DNA of 64,000 bases, taken from positions 22,234 through 86,233 of the forward strand of contig JBPOIT010000007.1 in assembly GCA_052034235.1 (NCBI GenBank). Reading direction: 5' to 3'. The notes beneath the pieces are model-generated. The model ran no database searches. It was given only the letters and a program-made list of their open reading frames with translations, and had not been told where the DNA came from. The position numbers were made by a program, and so were the translations under genes. The DNA is from Candidatus Levyibacteriota bacterium. GTDB lineage: Bacteria; Patescibacteriota; Microgenomatia; Levybacterales; UBA12049. Positions 58,560-64,000 of the stretch are shown here, piece after piece. Within the stretch, counting starts at the first letter, position 1; every line of letters begins with the position of its first letter.

Positions 58560-60125
58560 ATGAATATGATAATTACTCCACGCCGAAGAAAATTAAAACT
58601 TATATTAAAGAGGTTATTAAGGTTAAAGATAGTTTTTACAGTTTTTGCTCTCCTGCTTATTTTAGATGTCGTATTCACAAAAGCATTGGGAGATAAATAT
58701 GAAGATAGGTTTCCGGTCATATTCTGGACATCTCTTCCTTTTATGCTCTATGTTCTTCTCGGATTAAGTTTCCCAATAGTCTTAAGAGTGGAAAGAAGTA
58801 GAAAATACTATTTGATCCTCTGGTTATTATTACTGTCCATTATTCTTTTTGGCATATATTGGATCTCAGATGAGAAATTACATTCCTGGTTTTTACTAAG
58901 TAATGTTTTAAGCTATTTTGTTGTCAGTTTATGGGTAGCCGTTATTATTCTCTTACTTTTACAGATTCCAAAAATAAAGAAAGTTCACTTCTCTACACTT
59001 ATTTCAAAAACTTTTTCTGTTGTAGCAAATATTAAAAAAAGATTAACTGTAAATACCTTATTGTTGATCCTTATTCTTTCAGCTGTGGTTTACTACGGGA
59101 ATGCTCAACTGCAAAAAGTAAATAGTAGGCTCGATACAATTGAGAATAGACTTGGGGGACCGAAAAAGATTGCATGCAATGAAAAAGACACAATTAATAA
59201 AGTAAGACGTTCTGTTGTGCGCATTGTAGGTGGTGAATCAGAAGGATCAGGTTTTGCAGTGAAAACAGGCGGATTAATTCTTACCAATTTCCATGTAATT
59301 GAATTTGAACCCGCTCCAAAAGTCGTTTTGCCGGACAATACATTTGAAACAGCTGAGGTTATTATGGCTGACAAGAACGCTGATCTGGCAATAATAAAAA
59401 TCAGCAAAGATCTTCCTGTAATTTCTTGGGGTGAACCTACTGAGCTTGAACCGGCAGAAGAACTTTTAGCAATTGGATTTCCTTTGGGTGGCTCACTTTC
59501 AGGGGAATCATCTGTAAATAAAGGATCTCTAGCAGGTAGACGAAAATCAAAAGATGTTGGAGTTGAATATTTACAGACTGATATTACATTAACTCCTGGA
59601 GTAAGCGGTGGTCCTATGGTTAATGTATGTGGAGACGTAATGGGAATAAATACTGCAGGGCTGTCAGGGCTAGGATTAGCTATCTCTGCTGATTCCGCAA
59701 AGCAGAAATGGCTTGAAATGGCGACATCTGACGATTCACTTAAGGATATTAAAAAAATCTCATTCAATGATACTGAAAGTGCTGAATTTGCTGTTGCAAC
59801 TTTCTACAATTATTTAAAAGTAAGAAAGCTTGATAAAGCATTTGAACTACTTTCAGACAATTTTAAGAATGGGCACGGTTTCGATTATTGGAAAGGTGGA
59901 TATACAACACTTCTTGATACAACTGTAATTAAGATTGAGGATGATAAAACTAAAAAGGATCGTGTAACAATTAAGCTCTCTACTAAGGATATGGTTGATG
60001 ACGAGATTGTATATAAATATTTTGAGGGCTATTGGGATGCAAAAAATATTAACGGAAAATGGAGGCTTTGGGACCCTGAAATTAAAGAAGTGAAAGATCC
60101 AGGCTATCTCTGGTTCTATGAATAA
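58560..60125 (+). CDS. membrane-anchored trypsin-like (S1) serine protease with C-terminal extra domain
   Basis: N-terminal TM helices; catalytic triad context TNFHV (His), DLAIIKI (Asp), GVSGGPMVN (Ser). The C-terminal ~130 aa are unassigned. Confidence 0.6.
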   Translation: MNMIITPRRRKLKLILKRLLRLKIVFTVFALLLILDVVFTKALGDKYEDRFPVIFWTSLPFMLYVLLGLSFPIVLRVERSRKYYLILWLLLLSIILFGIYWISDEKLHSWFLLSNVLSYFVVSLWVAVIILLLLQIPKIKKVHFSTLISKTFSVVANIKKRLTVNTLLLILILSAVVYYGNAQLQKVNSRLDTIENRLGGPKKIACNEKDTINKVRRSVVRIVGGESEGSGFAVKTGGLILTNFHVIEFEPAPKVVLPDNTFETAEVIMADKNADLAIIKISKDLPVISWGEPTELEPAEELLAIGFPLGGSLSGESSVNKGSLAGRRKSKDVGVEYLQTDITLTPGVSGGPMVNVCGDVMGINTAGLSGLGLAISADSAKQKWLEMATSDDSLKDIKKISFNDTESAEFAVATFYNYLKVRKLDKAFELLSDNFKNGHGFDYWKGGYTTLLDTTVIKIEDDKTKKDRVTIKLSTKDMVDDEIVYKYFEGYWDAKNINGKWRLWDPEIKEVKDPGYLWFYE

Positions 60126-60133
60126 TACGAAGC

Positions 60134-60823
60134 TTATTCCTGAGGTTTTATAAGCTCTTCTGAATCATTTTTAGGACTGTTGACTGCAGTAGATACTCTG
60201 GTTGCTTTCATTTGATCGCTTGGATAAGGTTTTAAGAGTGGTAATAGTCGTTCCGGTTCTATAACATCAGGATCTAGCCAAAAATCCTCATCTTCTTTAC
60301 TGAGTATTACCGGCATTCTTTGATGGACAGGAGCAACTACATCATTTGGTTCAGTTGTAATAATTGTGTAGCTGTAAATTTCTTGTCCATCCTTCGGATC
60401 TTTCCAGACATCATATAAGCCTGCAAAGGCAAATAATGATTCGTCTTTCAGTTGAAAATAATAAGGAATACTTGGTTTTGTCGATTTATCCCATTCATAA
60501 AATCCTGAAGCCGGTATCAAACATCTTTGAAAGCGAAGTGGTTTTTTATACGACGGTTTACTCTCAATTCCTTCAGCGCGAGCATTAATTGTTTTATAAC
60601 TCATGCTAGAGTCTTTTGCCCAGTGGGGAATTAAGCCCCAGAGCATGAATTGAATTGAGTTTGGACTATGCCGAGTAATTGTAGGCTGCATTGTACCAGG
60701 CGCGATATTATAATGAGATTTCAGATTCGGTACTTCATTCTCGATCTCGAAGCGCTTGTATACATCCCTGGCACTGCTTATTGAGAAGCCATATCTGCCA
60801 CACATAATACTGTTATTATACAC
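60134..60823 (-). CDS. SOS-response-associated peptidase (SRAP/YedK/HMCES family) abasic-site processing protein
   Basis: N-terminal MCGRY with catalytic Cys2, 229 aa; divergent from the LexA-like gene. Confidence 0.8.
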   Translation of the reverse strand: MYNNSIMCGRYGFSISSARDVYKRFEIENEVPNLKSHYNIAPGTMQPTITRHSPNSIQFMLWGLIPHWAKDSSMSYKTINARAEGIESKPSYKKPLRFQRCLIPASGFYEWDKSTKPSIPYYFQLKDESLFAFAGLYDVWKDPKDGQEIYSYTIITTEPNDVVAPVHQRMPVILSKEDEDFWLDPDVIEPERLLPLLKPYPSDQMKATRVSTAVNSPKNDSEELIKPQE

Positions 60824-60840
60824 TATGTGCCTCTTGAAAA

Positions 60841-60856
60841 GTAAACAAATGTTTAT
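60841..60856. promoter_or_regulatory. palindromic operator GTAAACA-AA-TGTTTAT (putative LexA/repressor box) in SRAP-repressor divergent promoter region
   Basis: One of three copies of GTAAACA-N2-TGTTTAC. It lies 18 nt upstream of the SRAP start and 40 nt upstream of the repressor start. Confidence 0.5.
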
Positions 60857-60896
60857 TATACTTAAGAGCGTGGTTTTATTAAATAATTATTAACTT

Positions 60897-61484
60897 ATGC
60901 GTACTCCAAGTATCAAAACTGAAATTGCGATTAAAAAAATTAGACAGTTCCACCAAAAGCAGCGAAGAGTGCCTACTTTAGAAGAGATGTCAAAACTCTT
61001 TAAATTTGCTTCCAAGAGATCTGCTTTCCTTCTAGTGGAAAGATTGGTTGAAGCTGGGTTAATTGAGAAAGACATTAAAGGTCGCATAACAATCAAACGG
61101 ATGTTTCTCCCTTTACCTGTTTTAGGTTCGATTAGAGCAGGATTTCCGCAAGACGAGGAAGAACAACTTATTGATACTCTTTCATTTGACGAGTACTTAG
61201 TAGATCGTCCAGAGTCTTCTTATTTACTCAAAGTTATTGGAGATTCAATGGAAGATGCAGGGCTTCGCGAGGGAGATATTGTAATTGTCGATAAGAGAAA
61301 AGAACCGAAAGAAAATGATATTGTAGTCGCAAATGTTGATGACCAATTTACTCTTAAATATTTTCGAACGATAGATGGTAAGGTTTGTTTAGTTCCTGGA
61401 AACAATAAATATAAGACTATTTACCCAAAAGATAGTTTGAGCATACAAGGTGTTATTATTAGCACAGTGCGTAGGTATCGTTAA
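60897..61484 (+). CDS. lexA: LexA-type S24 autopeptidase repressor (host-like LexA or prophage CI analogue)
   Basis: N-terminal LexA-type winged HTH (VPTLEEMSKLFKFASKRSAFLLVERLVEAGLIEK). Cleavage-site region VLGSIRAGFP, catalytic GDSM (Ser) and VANVDDQFTLKYF (Lys). Confidence 0.75.
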   Translation: MRTPSIKTEIAIKKIRQFHQKQRRVPTLEEMSKLFKFASKRSAFLLVERLVEAGLIEKDIKGRITIKRMFLPLPVLGSIRAGFPQDEEEQLIDTLSFDEYLVDRPESSYLLKVIGDSMEDAGLREGDIVIVDKRKEPKENDIVVANVDDQFTLKYFRTIDGKVCLVPGNNKYKTIYPKDSLSIQGVIISTVRRYR

Positions 61485-61487
61485 TAT

Positions 61488-62156
61488 ATGTTTATTTATC
61501 TTGATGAAAGTGGAACTCTTACAGAAAGTAATGGCAAATATTTTGTCATAGGCACTTATACTGTTGGTGATCCTCGGAAAATTACTAAAGCTTTCAGAAA
61601 ATGGCAGAAAACTAAGTTCCCCAAGAAATTGAGAAGGCAAGCTGAGTTAAAGTTTAACGATTCTCACATAGATGACAAGCTTAGACTTAAAACACTTCAA
61701 TATTTCGCTAAACAAGACATCCGGATCTTTTATACTTATCTTCAGAAAAAGAATATTCCAAAGGAATATTACAAAAAAGGTAAGGTAACTGAGACTGGAT
61801 TACTCTATACCGAAATCGTCAGAGCAACTCTTGAATTATATATGCCAGTTACTGATAGCCAACTTACTATCGTGAGGGATCAAAGGACTTTAAAAGGAGT
61901 TAGTGTAAGTAAATTTGACGAGATTCTTCGAGCGAGTTTATTGCCTAAGCTTCCCGCAAAGGTAGTTTTGGAAGTACAAGCTGTTGATTCTACCAGTAAT
62001 CCGCTTATTCAAGTTTCTGATTGGGTTTGTGGCGCTCTTGCTAGATATTATGAAGGAAAGCCATCAGGAGAAGAGTTTTATACTGTTCTTAAAGGGAATA
62101 TCGTTCAGGAGAAAGAACTGTTTTCAGAGAAATGGACAAAGACTTGGGAGAAGTAG
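61488..62156 (+). CDS. DUF3800-family protein
   Basis: N-terminal MFIYLDESGT signature of DUF3800. Confidence 0.5.
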   Translation: MFIYLDESGTLTESNGKYFVIGTYTVGDPRKITKAFRKWQKTKFPKKLRRQAELKFNDSHIDDKLRLKTLQYFAKQDIRIFYTYLQKKNIPKEYYKKGKVTETGLLYTEIVRATLELYMPVTDSQLTIVRDQRTLKGVSVSKFDEILRASLLPKLPAKVVLEVQAVDSTSNPLIQVSDWVCGALARYYEGKPSGEEFYTVLKGNIVQEKELFSEKWTKTWEK

Positions 62157-62348
62157 ATACAAAAAAGACCTGCGTATGCAGATCTGTTTTGTTAGAGCGG
62201 CGGTGCTATAAATGTTGTTCCTAGACTCGTACTGAATGAACCATTCAGGAGCATCTAGGCATATATAGCGTATTATTACCAGCTCCATGAATAATATACC
62301 AAATCAGGGAGAGTTTGTCAAGGGTAAATGGAGAGTTCTAGCCTCAAA

Positions 62349-63371
62349 TCACTTCACAAACATAGTAAAAGCAAGAGAATTACTACCCCTTTCTAGTTTA
62401 TAGTTAAATCTCTCATCTGTGTCTATTTTAAAGCCGTCAATTAAATCCTGAAGCATTTTAATAATTTCTTTAGGATCAATGTTTCTTCGAATCAAAGGAT
62501 GTCTATACATAGCCTTCTTGAGGGTTTCATCGGCTAAATGAACATAATTCTCATAAGTGGTTTGAATATCTTTGTGCCCCAAGATTGCAGCAACCATTGT
62601 AATATCAACTCCGGACATTAACAGTTGAGTAGCTAGGCTATGACGAAACAAATGGGGATGAACTCTTTTGGTTACACCGGCTGCTACTGCTCGGCGCTTT
62701 AGATCCTTTATAAAATCTTGAGGATGAATTCTTCCACCAGTTAGACTATTAAATACCAAATCTTCGGGATTCTTACCTTCAACAAGTTTTTTCAATCGTG
62801 AAATAAGAGGTTCAGTAATATGAGCGTGGCGGATCTCTTTATTCTTGGTTAATACGAATGTTGCTTTTCCAGCTGAGAGATCAAGTAGCTTTACCTTAAG
62901 TGAGGCCATTTCATCAAACCGGCAACCAGTATAGGCAAGAAACATACATACGGTCCTGTGTCTAAAATCCAAGATTTCTGTTACTTCTGCAGCAGTGCGT
63001 TTGTAAAAATGCCCATAAGTTAAAGGCATATTGATAATACTTTCAATTTCATCAGGAGTAAGGATGATAATAGTGGGTTTTACTTTAGTGAATGCAGTGA
63101 AGCTTTCGAAGAAATTATTATCTGATCCACGATCCTTAATATAGTCTTGGATATATCTGAGAGTGAAGAAGTAGGTGTTTAGAGTGTTATTATTGAGTCC
63201 CTTTTGCTTCAAATAGAAAAAGAACTCTTCTACAGAGTCCTTATTGAGTTCTTTATTGTTTTCCTTGAGCCAATTGTTTATGATATTGAAGCGAACCTTG
63301 CAGAGACGAACAGAGTTAGCTGCTAAGCTTTTCTTGATAGTTATGTATCTTATAAAATCTAGTTCATCCAT
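62349..63371 (-). CDS. int: tyrosine-type site-specific integrase
   Basis: C-terminal catalytic domain with R...HxLRHS...Y (HLFRHSLATQLLMSGVDITMVAAILGHKDIQTTYENYVHL). It lies next to the right att repeat. Confidence 0.85.
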   Translation of the reverse strand: MDELDFIRYITIKKSLAANSVRLCKVRFNIINNWLKENNKELNKDSVEEFFFYLKQKGLNNNTLNTYFFTLRYIQDYIKDRGSDNNFFESFTAFTKVKPTIIILTPDEIESIINMPLTYGHFYKRTAAEVTEILDFRHRTVCMFLAYTGCRFDEMASLKVKLLDLSAGKATFVLTKNKEIRHAHITEPLISRLKKLVEGKNPEDLVFNSLTGGRIHPQDFIKDLKRRAVAAGVTKRVHPHLFRHSLATQLLMSGVDITMVAAILGHKDIQTTYENYVHLADETLKKAMYRHPLIRRNIDPKEIIKMLQDLIDGFKIDTDERFNYKLERGSNSLAFTMFVK

Positions 63372-63390
63372 AATAAGGAATTATTCATAA

Positions 63391-63406
63391 GTAAACATTT
63401 GTTTAC
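63391..63406. promoter_or_regulatory. palindromic operator GTAAACA-TT-TGTTTAC 20 nt upstream of integrase start
   Basis: Perfect 7-bp arms. Same motif as at 60841 and 63471. Confidence 0.5.
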
Positions 63407-63470
63407 TATTAATAATAGTTGATGAGATGTTAATTGACAATTGGTTGTTAAGGAATCTAACAATATCAAA

Positions 63471-63486
63471 GTAAACTTTTGTTTAC
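63471..63486. promoter_or_regulatory. palindromic operator GTAAAC-TTTT-GTTTAC (third copy)
   Basis: 100 nt upstream of the integrase start. Confidence 0.45.
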
Positions 63487-63494
63487 TTTACCCC

Positions 63495-63524
63495 TTGACA
63501 ACCGTTATTAACGCTCGATATAAT
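63495..63524 (+). promoter_or_regulatory. sigma70-like promoter TTGACA-N18-TATAAT
   Basis: Consensus -35 and -10 hexamers with an 18-nt spacer, immediately after operator copy 3 and pointing towards the right att repeat. Confidence 0.35.
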
Positions 63525-63619
63525 GTTAATGTACTTTTGAAAACACAAAAAAAGACCCACTTTCGTGAGTCTTCTCCCAAATAACTGTACGCAGTTATTT
63601 TAGCTTTAAAATGAGACTT

Positions 63620-63657
63620 GACTTAGAAATCCCCGCATTCATCAGACAGCGTAATTA
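63620..63657 (+). repeat. ftsZ 3'-end repeat, copy 3 (putative attR; encodes ...DLEIPAFIRQRN-stop)
   Basis: gacttagaaatccccgcattcatcagacagcgtaattaa matches copy 2 at 20 of 21 positions in gacttaRaaatccccgcatt, then in agacag, and encodes an FtsZ C-terminal peptide variant. Confidence 0.75.
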
Positions 63658-63701
63658 AACGAGCATTTCACTTCTTAACCTAGAAAATCTGTTTATACTC
63701 C

Positions 63702-63908
63702 TTACCATGTATACGCATGGCGGCCGCAGGCGTCGAAGTATTGGCCGTGACGAAGGAGTTTATCATTGGACGGGGGAGTCTGGCATTCTTGTGTTCCAAC
63801 GGTATAGGTTGAACTAGGACTATTTTGGTTGGTGTATTCTGTTTGCACCCATCCTGTCGTTCTCGTAGTGTTTGCGATTCTCAATTCATCCATAACTCCA
63901 TTAAACAA
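63702..63908 (-). CDS. hypothetical protein (possibly 3' part of a longer gene running off the window)
   Basis: 68-aa ORF on the minus strand outside the prophage; the upstream region runs to the window edge. Confidence 0.2.
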   Translation of the reverse strand: MFNGVMDELRIANTTRTTGWVQTEYTNQNSPSSTYTVGTQECQTPPSNDKLLRHGQYFDACGRHAYTW

Positions 63909-64000
63909 GTTAATACCGACGAATGGATTGCAGTCAGCGCCAATACAAAGATCATTATTAGCATTACGTGTAGAGCCACTGGTTGTAGGATTACCAGCGG

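Larger units (their letters stand above)
11235..63657. mobile_element. integrated siphovirus-like prophage (~52 kb) with ~20 kb cargo region, bounded by ftsZ-3'-end direct repeats
   Basis: Direct repeats at 11235-11266 and 63620-63657. The tyrosine integrase lies next to the right repeat. A complete replication-packaging-head-tail-lysis gene order runs left to right inside. Confidence 0.75.

Noticed and set aside
63542-63600. Hairpins near the right prophage end (AGACCCAC-ttt-GTGAGTCT followed by A7 on + / T7 on -; AAATAACTG-tacg-CAGTTATTT) considered as the host-side boundary
   Set aside because: They could be terminators of the minus-strand host gene or attP-flank structures. Their position inside the repeat-defined boundary makes assignment ambiguous, so they are not called as features.

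Overview
The window contains a host cell-division/cell-wall (dcw) cluster followed by a ~52 kb integrated siphovirus-like prophage. The genome is low-GC, uses the standard genetic code, and resembles a small-genome or CPR/Patescibacteria-like bacterium (inference). The dcw genes run 1-10156 on the + strand: murA (5'-truncated by the window edge), a sugar nucleotidyltransferase, a GNAT, a HAD hydrolase, a membrane-fused Mur-ligase-like gene, then mraY-ftsW-murG-ftsQ-like-ftsA-ftsZ. The last ~13 codons of ftsZ (IPAF(L/I)RQ(R/K)N-stop) recur three times, at about 10127, 11245 and 63631. The second and third copies bracket the ~11.2-63.66 kb element, which looks like a prophage integrated into the 3' end of ftsZ. 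The first two copies bracket a 1.1 kb segment carrying only an MBL-fold hydrolase gene. The prophage is ordered: early/replication genes (lysozyme-like membrane protein, zinc-ribbon proteins, Sak4-like ATPase, replisome organizer, sigma-r4-like HTH, ParB-like, Dcm methylase), then packaging and head (TerS?, TerL, portal::MuF fusion, prohead protease/scaffold, HK97-like capsid, an expanded set of head-region ORFs including a 13x tandem-repeat protein), then tail (connectors, major tail, chaperone with a -1 frameshift at A_AAA_AAG, tape measure, distal tail/fibre genes, a Gly-rich fibre), then lysis. A conserved ~35 bp intergenic motif occurs 7 times before late genes. A ~20 kb cargo region follows. 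Its most striking content is a complete diversity-generating retroelement (RT, opposite-strand Avd, TR, VR). The VR and TR differ at 10 positions, all at TR adenines. The target is the C-terminal FGE-sulfatase/C-type-lectin-like fold of a cytoplasmic AAA_5 (MoxR-like) ATPase, whose gene follows a DUF2201-like HExxH+VWA gene. The cargo also carries a Type III R-M system (mod/res), a Cas4-like Cys-cluster PD-(D/E)XK nuclease, a 1309-aa Mrr-like-nuclease/TPR giant protein, an HD (ppGpp-hydrolase-like) protein and a membrane-anchored trypsin-like protease. The lysogeny module sits at the right end: an SRAP/YedK gene divergent from a LexA-type S24 repressor, DUF3800 and a tyrosine integrase. A 16-bp palindrome GTAAACA-N2-TGTTTAC lies in the repressor/SRAP promoter region and twice upstream of the integrase. 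No tRNA, rRNA or CRISPR arrays were recognised.
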